Made by a program: the position numbers and the translations under genes. From the NCBI GenBank assembly GCA_002315875.1, contig DCIL01000062.1, positions 13,011 to 60,993 on the forward strand: a stretch of DNA of 47,983 nucleotides, given 5' to 3'. Below are positions 19,075 through 27,979 of this stretch, one piece after another. Within the stretch, counting starts at the first letter, position 1; each line of letters begins with the position of its first letter. This DNA comes from Verrucomicrobia bacterium UBA1727. GTDB taxonomy: Bacteria > Verrucomicrobiota > Kiritimatiellia > RFP12 > UBA1067. A model generated the notes under the pieces. The model was not told the DNA's origin. It did not search any database and saw nothing but the letters and a program-made list of their open reading frames with translations.

Positions 19075-20754
19075 TTAAAAATCGAAAACGTTTCGATTGA
19101 AGCCGGTGGTCACGAAATTGAGGCGTTTCTGTCCGGCACCCATTACCGACGACACCAGATAGGATCTGAGGGACGAGACCGCGGCATCGGCATCGGTGAT
19201 GTCGAAGATCTCGCCGTCATCGCGCAAGGTGAGACGCACGCCGTCATTGAGATCGAGCGTCACCTCACCGTGCAGGGTCTTCCCCTTCGCGCGTTCGCGA
19301 ACGATCATGAAGGTCTCCTCGGCAACGAGCGCCGCCCTCATCGGCACACCGGGCATCGACCCAATACGGCGCGAAACATCCACGATTTCGCGCTCCGCCA
19401 GACGAAGGTTGAAGACGTGAAGTTTCGCCTCGCGAGAGCGGTCCAGCAGCAACGGGAAACTGTCCCATCCGCGCAAGGTGGCGATGAAAAGCGCCACGAC
19501 AATGCATCCCAAAAGGGAGCCGAGTCCGAACCCGAGCCAGATGGCGGAATTGCCGACGACGGACATCACGGCGACGCCGGCAATCGGCATCACCAGATAG
19601 GACGCAAAGGTCAGCGCTCCCGCAAGCATCGGCTGTTCGATGAACATGTAATAGGAATTGAAGAGTCCGGCGAGTGATTTCGCGAGAATTCCGCAGGATA
19701 CGAGGCGCACCGCCAGCACCGCATCATCGATCATGCGCGGATCGTCAATGCCGATTATCTGAACGATTGTCTCGGCAAAGAAACACGTTACCGCGATAGC
19801 GGCCATGCCCTCAAGCACTGACCAGAGAATCGCACTGCGCATCACCTTACGCACCGAAAGCGTATTCCCCTCGCCGTAATAGATGGTTACGATCGGCTGG
19901 ATGGCAGCGCCCACTCCGTCCGTAAACACCATCATTCCCCATACCGCACTCACGACACCGACAATCGAAAGCGCAGACTCGCCGAGATGAACTGCGACGA
20001 ACTTATTGAGGAACACGAAGACAAGCGTATCGCAGAGGAAAGCGGAACTGTCGCCGAAGGAAGCGCGGCAGATTGCAAACGAATCGCGTGGCGAGAACCA
20101 ACGGACCAGTCGCGCGGTGCTGGTGCGTCCCGCAAAGTGGAAACACATCACGGCGACTCCTACCGCCGATGAGATCAATGTCGCCTTCGCCACTCCGGCG
20201 GTGCCGTAACCCAATCTTACGAACAGAAAGGACAAGATCGCATTCAGCGAAATGTCGACTGCGTAGCCGGCGACGCAGAGCCGGGCATTGCCATCCGCCT
20301 GGGCGATCGCGACGAGGAACATTAGCGCCACCTCAAGGAACGCCACCGGCCAGATCCAGCCGAAATATCCGTTCGCCGCGGCGAGAATATCACCCGAGGC
20401 ACCGTAGAACGAGAGGATTGCATTTCGTCCGAAGAAGAAAGCGGCGGCAAGCGCGCCTCCGCCAATCAGCGCCGTCCACAGTCCCTGAGTGAAGATACGG
20501 TGCGCACCCTTCCGGTCACAGCGTCCCATCGAGATCGAATACAGAGTGGCAGTGCCGGACGAGACGAGTCCCCCGATGAAGCAGCCGAACGAAAGGCACG
20601 GAAGAACCAGGTTGACTCCGGCCAGCGCGGACGCGCCGAGCATGTTGCCGGAGAGAAAGACGTCGATCAGGTGCCCGAAAGTGTTCGCCAGCACGGAAAC
20701 CGTGCCGGCAAGAAGCAGGGACCGGAACTTTACAACGCCGAAGGAGCTGTTCAT
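19075..20754 (-). CDS. MATE-family (MOP superfamily) efflux transporter with a cytoplasmic C-terminal tail of about 129 aa. The tail resembles a degenerate HATPase_c_2 (SpoIIAB/RsbW-like) domain.
   Basis: About 430 aa form a 12-TM MATE-like core. The tail is AKLHVFNL..RAALVAEETFMIVRE..GEVTLDLNDGVRLTLRDDGEIFD..NFVTTGFNRNVF. By eye it aligns with the 121-aa kinase encoded immediately upstream. It lacks the N-box Asn and the GGLGL lid. Confidence 0.75.
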   Translation of the reverse strand: MNSSFGVVKFRSLLLAGTVSVLANTFGHLIDVFLSGNMLGASALAGVNLVLPCLSFGCFIGGLVSSGTATLYSISMGRCDRKGAHRIFTQGLWTALIGGGALAAAFFFGRNAILSFYGASGDILAAANGYFGWIWPVAFLEVALMFLVAIAQADGNARLCVAGYAVDISLNAILSFLFVRLGYGTAGVAKATLISSAVGVAVMCFHFAGRTSTARLVRWFSPRDSFAICRASFGDSSAFLCDTLVFVFLNKFVAVHLGESALSIVGVVSAVWGMMVFTDGVGAAIQPIVTIYYGEGNTLSVRKVMRSAILWSVLEGMAAIAVTCFFAETIVQIIGIDDPRMIDDAVLAVRLVSCGILAKSLAGLFNSYYMFIEQPMLAGALTFASYLVMPIAGVAVMSVVGNSAIWLGFGLGSLLGCIVVALFIATLRGWDSFPLLLDRSREAKLHVFNLRLAEREIVDVSRRIGSMPGVPMRAALVAEETFMIVRERAKGKTLHGEVTLDLNDGVRLTLRDDGEIFDITDADAAVSSLRSYLVSSVMGAGQKRLNFVTTGFNRNVFDF

Positions 20755-20756
20755 CG

Positions 20757-21122
20757 TCAGATTACGATCGTCAGCACGTTTTCGCTGCCGCGGCGTTCGT
20801 ATCCGATCGACTTGGACATCTTCCTGACCATGAACAAACCGAGCCCGCCGATCTCGCGCTCCTCAAGCGAAGCCGCGACATCGGGAGTGGCCACGCCCAT
20901 TGGATCGAAGGCGACTCCGCGATCGGTATATACCATCGTCAGTTTCCCATCCCCCGAAACGATCTCGACATCGAAGTCGGCGGACCCGGAACAGCGGACG
21001 ATATTGGACACGATCTCGTCGGTTATGATCTGGGGCTTCGGATCCTCACAGACGGAGGCCAACAGCGCCTGGCATGCCGCAAGCCCCTCGGTCGTGCACG
21101 GAAATGTCTGCTTGACCTTCAC
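20757..21122 (-). CDS. Anti-sigma regulatory factor-type Ser/Thr kinase (HATPase_c_2, SpoIIAB/RsbW-like).
   Basis: The sequence DEIVSNIVR carries the N-box Asn. YTDRGVAFDP is a G1-like box, and EREIGGLGLFMVRK is the G2 lid. YERRGSENVLTIV follows. The start is GTG at 21122, 3 nt after the STAS stop. Confidence 0.7.
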   Translation of the reverse strand: MKVKQTFPCTTEGLAACQALLASVCEDPKPQIITDEIVSNIVRCSGSADFDVEIVSGDGKLTMVYTDRGVAFDPMGVATPDVAASLEEREIGGLGLFMVRKMSKSIGYERRGSENVLTIVI

Positions 21123-21125
21123 GGA

Positions 21126-21413
21126 TCAGGCAAAAGTGAAGATGTCGGAGAAGCCGGTGATGTCAAAGACCTCCTTCACCGATGCGCAGGCATTGGCGAT
21201 GACCATCTTCTTGCCCGCCATCTTCTTCTGCGAAGCGAGCAGGACACGCAGTCCGGCGGACGAGATGTAGTCGATCGAAGCGAGGTCGAAGACGAGTTCT
21301 TCGACTCCGTCAAGAACCACCGCCGTCTCGAGTTCCGGCGCGGTGATCGTGTCAATGCGACCGATCGGAGCGAGCGTAAGTTTTGTGCCTTCCTTGTTGA
21401 TCTTGATTTCCAT
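21126..21413 (-). CDS. STAS-domain anti-sigma-factor antagonist (SpoIIAA/RsbV-like).
   Basis: The protein is 95 aa. The segment FDLASIDYISSAGLRVLL contains the conserved phosphorylatable Ser context. AAGGAG precedes the ATG at 21413. Confidence 0.8.
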   Translation of the reverse strand: MEIKINKEGTKLTLAPIGRIDTITAPELETAVVLDGVEELVFDLASIDYISSAGLRVLLASQKKMAGKKMVIANACASVKEVFDITGFSDIFTFA

Positions 21414-21443
21414 GAGCTTCTCCTTAAAGAAATTATCGTTCGT

Positions 21444-21452
21444 ATTATACCA
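21444..21452 (-). promoter_or_regulatory. Extended -10 promoter element for the STAS / kinase / MATE unit.
   Basis: TGGTATAAT lies on the minus strand, 6 nt after the upstream stop codon. It is 30 nt upstream of the STAS ATG, and an AAGGAG Shine-Dalgarno sequence sits in between. Confidence 0.6.
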
Positions 21453-21458
21453 TAATCT

Positions 21459-23681
21459 TCACGGCAGTTCGCAGGTCATGATACCGTTGCCGCCGGTGCC
21501 GACCCAAAGACGCTTCGGATTGTGCGGATCGAGCGAGATGAAACTGCCGAGACCCTGATTGACGAATCCGGAACCGAAAAGCGTCTTCCAGGTCTTGCCG
21601 TCGTCCTTCGAGAAGATGACCGCACCATGATCGCCGCAGCTGTCACGCCAGCCCGGAAGCTGGGAGATCGCGTAAAGCGTGCCATCGGGACCGATCATCG
21701 TGCCGACACCGCGGAAGCACTTGACCACGCGCTCCCACTTCGCTCCTCCGTCCCGCGAATACCAGATGCCCTGCGGACCGCACCCGTGCGAGGTGCCGGC
21801 GAGAATGCGCTGTCCGCGAACCCACAACGACCCGACCTTGCCGATCTTGAGATTCTCAGGCGTGACCCGCTTCCAGGTCGCACCGAAATCGTCGGTGCGG
21901 AAGATCGCCGCGTTGTCCTTGCCTTCACCGTGAGTGCCGATGTAGACGGATGTGCCGTCCGAAGCAAGCGCGAACACGCTCTTCGCATGCGGCAGATCGC
22001 CTTCACCATGAAACTTCCACGTCTCACCCATGTCGAACGAGAACTGCAGGCCATGATTCCTGGCGAGCGAAACAAAGACCTTCTTGCCGTCCGCCGTCTT
22101 GACGAGCTGGAGGCAATCGGAATCGCCGGGCTCCTTCCATCCGTTATCCTCCTTGCCGACCCGCTGCCAGTGTTCGCCCGCGTCCACGGTCTTCAGAAAG
22201 ATGGACCTGGACGGACTCCAATTGCCGAAGGTGCCGTAGAAGACATCCTTCTCGTCCGGATCCGGAACGAGCGAGAAATTACAGTTGGTGTATTTTTGCG
22301 GAATACCGTTCATGCACCGGACAACCGAGCGGCCGTTATCATCGCTGCGGAAAACGCTCACGTCCATGAAGCCGAAGAAGACGCGGTCCTTCACGAACGG
22401 ATCGACGGTCACATGACGCGCACAGATGACGGAAAGCCCCGAGGTATTCTCCTTGCCGTCGTCCCGCGCCTCGGAGTACCGCTGACTCCAGGTCTTGCCT
22501 CCGTCTTCGGTGCGGAAGATCGTGCCGGAAGTTCCGAACACGAAGCACTTCGGATCGCGCATCGAAAGCGACATCGAGCCGACGCCGCGTCCCCACGGAC
22601 ACCAATCGCCCTTCTCGACATGCGGCTTGTACTGGCAGTTGAAGATCTCGTGCCAGGTCTTGCCGCCGTCGGCGGACTTAAACAATCCCGTAGCCAGGAA
22701 GCTGCCGCCGGACGCCCAGAGGAGATCGGGATTGGCTGGATTGATGGCGATACCGCCGTCTTCGGTGTAGCGCCAGTGATACTTGCCCGCGTCGCGCGAA
22801 TACTTCTCGGGAAGCGGCGAAAGCTCACGCCAGGTGCGGCCGTTGTCATCCGACCGGCAGAACCCCGCGCGCTTGGGGCGGCCGTCCCACTTGCTCGGCG
22901 GTTCGCGGAATCCGGCATAGACGATATCGGGATTCGACACGCTGCGGGCGAGCTTACGCGCCGGGAAATTGGGGAAACCCTCGGACGAGCGCGTCCAATG
23001 AACGCCACCGTCCTCCGAGCGGTAGACACCGTTGGTGGTCGTGGCGAGCATCGAATTCGGATTGCGCGGATCGACCGAAAAGCCGGCCATCATCGAACGC
23101 ATGCGAAGGATCTCCTCGCCGTCCGCAACGATCATCTTCCAGCTCTCGCCGCAGTCCGTCGACCTGTAGACGGCACCGAACTTCGTGCGGCAAAGATTGC
23201 AACTCGACGGATCGCCTCGGGCACCGAGCACTGCGAGGATGATATTGGGATCCGACTCGCTCCAATCGATCGCGGCGATCGGCGCGGAATGCCCGTAGAT
23301 ATCGCCCTCGGGAAATCCCTTGTCAAGGAGTCGCCAGTGTTTGCCGAGATCGTTCGACTTGTAGAGTCCGCAATTCGTGCCGAGAATGAGCACGTTCGGA
23401 TCCTTCGGATGTTCCTTGATGCACTGCACGTAATACGCCGAACCGAGTCCGTCGTTGCGGATCTCATAGCTGCGACCGCCATTCTCGGAGAAGTAGAATC
23501 CGCCCACATCGCAGCCGACGAAGAGACGGTCCTTCACGTGGCGACTCTCGAGTTCGCTCACGAGCCAGCCACCGCCGCCCGCTCCGCAATTTCTCCACTT
23601 CACCTCGACATTCTCCATCTTGGGAATGTCGGACACGAACGTCGCAGCTGCAACGAACAACGATAGACCAATCACGCTCAT
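21459..23681 (-). CDS. Secreted BNR/Asp-box repeat protein with two beta-propellers (GH74-like).
   Basis: About 12 Asp-box motifs (S/T-x-D-x-G-x-T/S-W) are present, for example SNDLGKHW, STDCGESW, SEDGGVHW, SDDNGRTW, SADGGKTW, TEDGGKTW, SRDGGAKW and SKDDGKTW. It has an N-terminal signal-like segment. The length of 740 aa fits GH74. Confidence 0.65.
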   Translation of the reverse strand: MSVIGLSLFVAAATFVSDIPKMENVEVKWRNCGAGGGGWLVSELESRHVKDRLFVGCDVGGFYFSENGGRSYEIRNDGLGSAYYVQCIKEHPKDPNVLILGTNCGLYKSNDLGKHWRLLDKGFPEGDIYGHSAPIAAIDWSESDPNIILAVLGARGDPSSCNLCRTKFGAVYRSTDCGESWKMIVADGEEILRMRSMMAGFSVDPRNPNSMLATTTNGVYRSEDGGVHWTRSSEGFPNFPARKLARSVSNPDIVYAGFREPPSKWDGRPKRAGFCRSDDNGRTWRELSPLPEKYSRDAGKYHWRYTEDGGIAINPANPDLLWASGGSFLATGLFKSADGGKTWHEIFNCQYKPHVEKGDWCPWGRGVGSMSLSMRDPKCFVFGTSGTIFRTEDGGKTWSQRYSEARDDGKENTSGLSVICARHVTVDPFVKDRVFFGFMDVSVFRSDDNGRSVVRCMNGIPQKYTNCNFSLVPDPDEKDVFYGTFGNWSPSRSIFLKTVDAGEHWQRVGKEDNGWKEPGDSDCLQLVKTADGKKVFVSLARNHGLQFSFDMGETWKFHGEGDLPHAKSVFALASDGTSVYIGTHGEGKDNAAIFRTDDFGATWKRVTPENLKIGKVGSLWVRGQRILAGTSHGCGPQGIWYSRDGGAKWERVVKCFRGVGTMIGPDGTLYAISQLPGWRDSCGDHGAVIFSKDDGKTWKTLFGSGFVNQGLGSFISLDPHNPKRLWVGTGGNGIMTCELP

Positions 23682-23715
23682 TTTTTATTTTCCTTTTACT
23701 CTTACCTGACATTCT

Positions 23716-26700
23716 TCACCAGCGCCAATAACGATAGGGATCGTCATCGGAGAACTGATTGTCGGAATAGAAGACGGCCCTGGGATTGAACTTCACGCCG
23801 AGATTATTCAGGAGAAGTCCGAACATCGAATTCGCGCGGCGGCGGCTGACACGCAGGTACGGACGGCGTTCGGAGTCGATCTTCCACGGCGGCAACTGCC
23901 AGAAGACGACCTTGCCCTTGCCGTATTTGACCACGCGGAAGACCTCGTTGCCGTCCTCGGTCGGCTCGGTGAACGCGGCGAAATCAACGCGGCCGTGAAG
24001 GTAGAAATCTGCCGCGGAAAGTCCGTTCAATTCCTCCGGGGGCTTGGCGATGATCGGATTCACCCAGGCGTTGGTCACGTTCTCGCATTTGAGCGGCACG
24101 GGACTCCACGCCTTGACTTCCTCGGCGGAAAATCCGAGGAGAATCGCGGTCATGCCGGTCTCGACATTGGCCTTGAAGTCCTTCGGCATCTTCGCTCCGC
24201 TGGAAGCGATGAGGGTCAGATATGGCGGCTTGGAAGGCGGCAGGAGGCACGGATCGGAATTGAGGAACATGAAGGAATTGTGCGCGTGCCAGATGGCATC
24301 GAAGCCGAGCACCTGCGGCTGCGCGCGCCACGTCTGACCGCGCTCGCCGAGCCGCGCATAAAGACGGCGGATCATGTTGTCCGCCACCGGATCGTTGCGC
24401 GTACGGGCGGTGACATCGAGCTGACAGAAGATGATGCGTCCGTACATTGCGGCCCACTCGAGAAGCGGAGCGTATTCGAGATTGAACGCGCCGTCGAGGA
24501 GCGGACGCCACGAGCCGGCGCCGGGCTTTTCGGGAATCACGCTCGCCACATTGCCGCGGTTGCGGCAGCGCCAGGTGCGGGTGTTCTGGAAAGGCCCCCA
24601 CTCCTCGGTGAAGTAGCGCGAATCGTCCTTGCGGATGCTCGTGTTGTAAGGCGTCGTAAGCGTCGCCTCGCCGTTCCAGTCACGAAGTTCGTCCGCATCG
24701 AGCTTCGCAAACTGCTTGTCGGTCCAGCGAGAGAAGACGTTGCGAAGGCCGTATTCCTGGGTGCGGAAGCCGACGTCCGTCAGCTGGCGGTAGCTCTGCT
24801 CGAAAACCAGTACCGAACCGTGATACTCGCTGAAGCGATTGGGATTCGGCACGAGGAAGCGATCGAAAAGGTGGCGCGTGAGCGATTCGCGTCCCACAAT
24901 GAGACGGAAGCCCTTGTTGGTAGTGACGATCGAATGGAGCTCGTCAAGATCGTTGACGAGACGGTAGGCGAGTCCCAACCGATCGAGTTCCTTGCGCGTG
25001 AGACCCTTCGTATCGTAGAGGATGACATTCGCGACCGCGGCGGTTTTGATCGGCGCGTAGACCTCGAAGCCGAACTTGTCGCTGCGCTGCTCGCCATCCG
25101 AGAAAACGAAGTCCGCGGCAAGCTGATACTTGCCGGACTTGGCGGGAGCGGTGAACTCGACAGGCACGAACGCGACGTCGCCGGCCTTGACGGACACGGT
25201 GCCGGAGCGCTGGTCGGGTCCGCACTTGGCCGTCCACCTGACCTCACGGTCTTCGCGGCAGTCATTGACGATGACGAGTTTTTTGCGGAACTTCTCGTTG
25301 GCGGTGAAGTGGTGATCCTTCTCGGTGAAGACCTCGCCGCCGCCGATAAAGGCGATCTCCTCGCGGTTCAACAGGTGGAAGGCCTCGCCCCAGACCGAAC
25401 GACGGTAGTCCTTTTTCTCACCGAGGTAAGACCAGTAGTCACCGCGGGACTTGCGATTCCAGCAGGGGACGGGACCGAGTCCCTTGAGATTCTTGAAGCG
25501 GTCGGGAGAATATGTCGGATCATGGGGATTGAATCCGTTGCCGTCACGATTTCCGACAAAGTCATAGAAATCGTTCTGCGCCCACGGGAGAACGCCAGTA
25601 AGTTTCCAGCCGCGGAAGCCCTTCCAGGTCTCTTCGGTGGTCTTGCAAAGGACCTCATGATAGGTGTTCGTAAGTGCATGCATGTGGCGCTCGAGCTCGT
25701 AGTAGCCGAACGGGGAGCGCTTCCAGAGCTCCTCCTCGCGACTGGTGATGCGCTTGAGCGGTTCATCCAGCACATACGCCTTCTCGCCCACGATCGGCGC
25801 GGCATATTCGGCGGCCCAGCAGCTCTGATAGGCGCGGGCGGGAATGATGTGATGCGGCCAGCGGTAGCTGAACCAGCTCATCGTGAGCGGCATGCCGAAC
25901 TCGACGATGTAGTGGGGGACGACGCTCTTCGTGGACCACTGCTCCATCCAATCGGCGCGCTCCTGAATCGGCGCCCAGTTGAGATAGCACTCGGTGTTGT
26001 GGACGTTGGAGAGGAGTCCAGAACAGTGGTGATAGACGACGCGGGTGGGATCGAGCTTCTTCGCGATTTCCGCGGCGATTTCCGCGGCCGCTCGGCGCTT
26101 GGCATGGTCGGCATGCGCCGGCACCGGCTTCTCCACACCGTCCATGCGGCTCGGATTCTGCTCCTGGGTGTAGCCGGTGTGATTGTGATTCATCGCATAA
26201 AAGACGATAGACGGATGATTCCTCGCCCGGCGAATGAACTCGCGCGTCACCCCTTCATAGCGCGCAGCGATTTCCGGCTTGGCAAGATCGTTCTTGAATT
26301 CCTTGACGTGCGGCAACGTATAGGCGTAGAGAATGCCCGTCTCGTCGCAGGCGGACGCGATGCCTTCAAGATACGAAACCGAGCCGGCCTGACAATCGTA
26401 ATTGCCGGCGATGAACGAGTTGAAGGCGTCCGCCTTGGCCTTGCGGCAGAATTCGAGGCAGCCCTCCTTGCGGTTGAACGAGGCGCTCGCCTTGCTGCTG
26501 CCGCAGTAAAGCGACTTGAGATGGATGGGCTTGCCGTTCAAGAGCCAGTCGCGACCAACCTGGCGAATCTCGCGGAAGCCGAACCTGAACGGCAGCGAGG
26601 TGTCGCCGTCAGCGGTGATCGTGCAGGAGTACATGTTCTGAGGAGCGTGGATATCCCAGAGCTTCGCGTCCTTCCAAGGTGCGGTGAACCGGACCGTGCC

Positions 26701-27942
26701 AAGGGCATCCACAGTCGCCGCGCCGCCCTCAAAGGTCTTCTCGAAGCCGAGTCCCTTGACGGTGGCGGACAGCTTGCCAACGCTCTTCACGCCGTTTCTA
26801 AGTGCCACGCAGAAGGTGATTTCGCCCTTCTCGACGCTTGTCTCGACATACGCCTCGTCGATGATCGGCGTCTTGGGCGTGAGGTCGAGAAAGAGATCGC
26901 CGGTAATGCCGCGGCACGCCGCCAACGCCTGCTTCTTCGCACGGGCGGTATTCTGCTCACCGGCGAAGAGCGCGCCGAGCGTCCAGTTGATCATGAGCGC
27001 CGAGACGTAGACATCAATCGTATGCTCCTTGCCTGCGGTCACGAAGGGTGTGAGATCAACCTCGCCACCAGGAAACATCGCCTCGCCGGCCTTCTTGCCG
27101 TCCACATAGACCGTCGCGGCATTGTTGACGAGATCGAACCAAAGCGAAACGCGCTTGTCCTTCGCCTCGGCAGGAATCTGGAAGCGGCGGCGATACCAGC
27201 AGTGGTCGATGATCTTCGGAATCTTCTCGCCGTGATCGAGCATCCAGGGCGAGAAAATGAAGTTCTGATTGGCATGATTCCAGGGGGCGGCGTCCCACCA
27301 GAGCGCAGGAATCTTGCCCCAGCCCCACCGATCTTTGTCACCGGGAACGATCCCTACCTTATCATCATCGAAGATGGGACGCGCCGCCCAGAGTCCATTC
27401 AGGGAATAGCGGACGCGGCTCGCGCTTTGGGACTTCCAAGCGCCGTTGAGCGACCAGACATCGGCATCGCATCCCGAAGGAAGCGGTGCATTGCCCTTCT
27501 CCAGCATGCGCCCGCGGGTGCGGACGATCTTGATGTTCCGAAAGCCACAAGTGCCCTTCGTGCCCCAATTGCACAGCGCGAGACGTCCCTCAGTCGCGCC
27601 AAACGGTACGGACCACTTGAGCTCGATCGGATGCCACGCACGAGAACCTTCCAAGACGGCATGCGCACGCGGCCAGCCGCCGGTCTGCTTGCCCTTCGCG
27701 TCATGGAAGGTGATCTGTACCCGCGCGTTCTCGTGGGGCTTGGAACCCTTGACGATGTCCGTCGCCCACATCTCGCCGGTTAGCAGAAGCTCGCCATCGG
27801 CATCCTGAAGCGGAAGTTTGAAACTCTTATCGCTCCACTTCGCCGCGCTCGTCCACGCGACGTTATCAAGAAGAACCTTCTCAGCGCCAGAACAGAAGGA
27901 GGCGACACACGCGGCCACAGCCGCAAGAATGAGATTTTTCAT
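23716..27942 (-). CDS. Very large secreted glycoside-hydrolase-like protein (an N-terminal CBM-like module followed by a GH2-like region).
   Basis: It has a signal peptide, MKNLILAAVAACVASFCSGA. A GH2-type sugar-binding segment reads RVSLWFDLVNNAATVYVDGKKAGE..GGEVDLTPFV. A TIM-barrel-like segment contains FGFREIR..LLNGKPIHLKS and HPSIVFYAMNHNH. I do not recognise the C-terminal 600 aa. Confidence 0.55.
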   Translation of the reverse strand: MKNLILAAVAACVASFCSGAEKVLLDNVAWTSAAKWSDKSFKLPLQDADGELLLTGEMWATDIVKGSKPHENARVQITFHDAKGKQTGGWPRAHAVLEGSRAWHPIELKWSVPFGATEGRLALCNWGTKGTCGFRNIKIVRTRGRMLEKGNAPLPSGCDADVWSLNGAWKSQSASRVRYSLNGLWAARPIFDDDKVGIVPGDKDRWGWGKIPALWWDAAPWNHANQNFIFSPWMLDHGEKIPKIIDHCWYRRRFQIPAEAKDKRVSLWFDLVNNAATVYVDGKKAGEAMFPGGEVDLTPFVTAGKEHTIDVYVSALMINWTLGALFAGEQNTARAKKQALAACRGITGDLFLDLTPKTPIIDEAYVETSVEKGEITFCVALRNGVKSVGKLSATVKGLGFEKTFEGGAATVDALGTVRFTAPWKDAKLWDIHAPQNMYSCTITADGDTSLPFRFGFREIRQVGRDWLLNGKPIHLKSLYCGSSKASASFNRKEGCLEFCRKAKADAFNSFIAGNYDCQAGSVSYLEGIASACDETGILYAYTLPHVKEFKNDLAKPEIAARYEGVTREFIRRARNHPSIVFYAMNHNHTGYTQEQNPSRMDGVEKPVPAHADHAKRRAAAEIAAEIAKKLDPTRVVYHHCSGLLSNVHNTECYLNWAPIQERADWMEQWSTKSVVPHYIVEFGMPLTMSWFSYRWPHHIIPARAYQSCWAAEYAAPIVGEKAYVLDEPLKRITSREEELWKRSPFGYYELERHMHALTNTYHEVLCKTTEETWKGFRGWKLTGVLPWAQNDFYDFVGNRDGNGFNPHDPTYSPDRFKNLKGLGPVPCWNRKSRGDYWSYLGEKKDYRRSVWGEAFHLLNREEIAFIGGGEVFTEKDHHFTANEKFRKKLVIVNDCREDREVRWTAKCGPDQRSGTVSVKAGDVAFVPVEFTAPAKSGKYQLAADFVFSDGEQRSDKFGFEVYAPIKTAAVANVILYDTKGLTRKELDRLGLAYRLVNDLDELHSIVTTNKGFRLIVGRESLTRHLFDRFLVPNPNRFSEYHGSVLVFEQSYRQLTDVGFRTQEYGLRNVFSRWTDKQFAKLDADELRDWNGEATLTTPYNTSIRKDDSRYFTEEWGPFQNTRTWRCRNRGNVASVIPEKPGAGSWRPLLDGAFNLEYAPLLEWAAMYGRIIFCQLDVTARTRNDPVADNMIRRLYARLGERGQTWRAQPQVLGFDAIWHAHNSFMFLNSDPCLLPPSKPPYLTLIASSGAKMPKDFKANVETGMTAILLGFSAEEVKAWSPVPLKCENVTNAWVNPIIAKPPEELNGLSAADFYLHGRVDFAAFTEPTEDGNEVFRVVKYGKGKVVFWQLPPWKIDSERRPYLRVSRRRANSMFGLLLNNLGVKFNPRAVFYSDNQFSDDDPYRYWRW

Positions 27943-27949
27943 ACCGCGT

Positions 27950-27979
27950 ATCCTACCAAATCAATCCGCAACCGTGCAA
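27950..27979 (-). promoter_or_regulatory. Promoter with an extended -10, placed for a leaderless transcript of the 1408-aa gene.
   Basis: On the minus strand, TTGCAC (27979-27974) is followed by an 18-nt spacer and then TGGTAGGAT (27958-27950). Seven nt further on is the ATG at 27942. The -35 lies inside the 3' end of the upstream gene. Confidence 0.5.

Noticed and set aside
19078-19464. The MATE C-terminal tail interpreted as a second STAS domain.
   Set aside because: By eye the tail aligns better with the neighbouring HATPase_c_2 kinase (an acidic helix, then a D-x-G strand-turn) than with the STAS protein. It lacks the DxxxxxxSSxGL STAS signature.
23995-27783. A 1262-aa ORF on the plus strand. 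Similar long plus-strand ORFs lie at 21522-23666, 29251-31110, 34546-36615, 36997-38748, 12477-14291, 10094-11323, 2980-4260 and 880-2019.
   Set aside because: All of them lie antisense to minus-strand genes with clear family signatures. Their translations are Arg/Gly/Asp/His-rich with no recognisable motifs. This is the usual artefact of stop-poor antisense frames in G+C-rich DNA.
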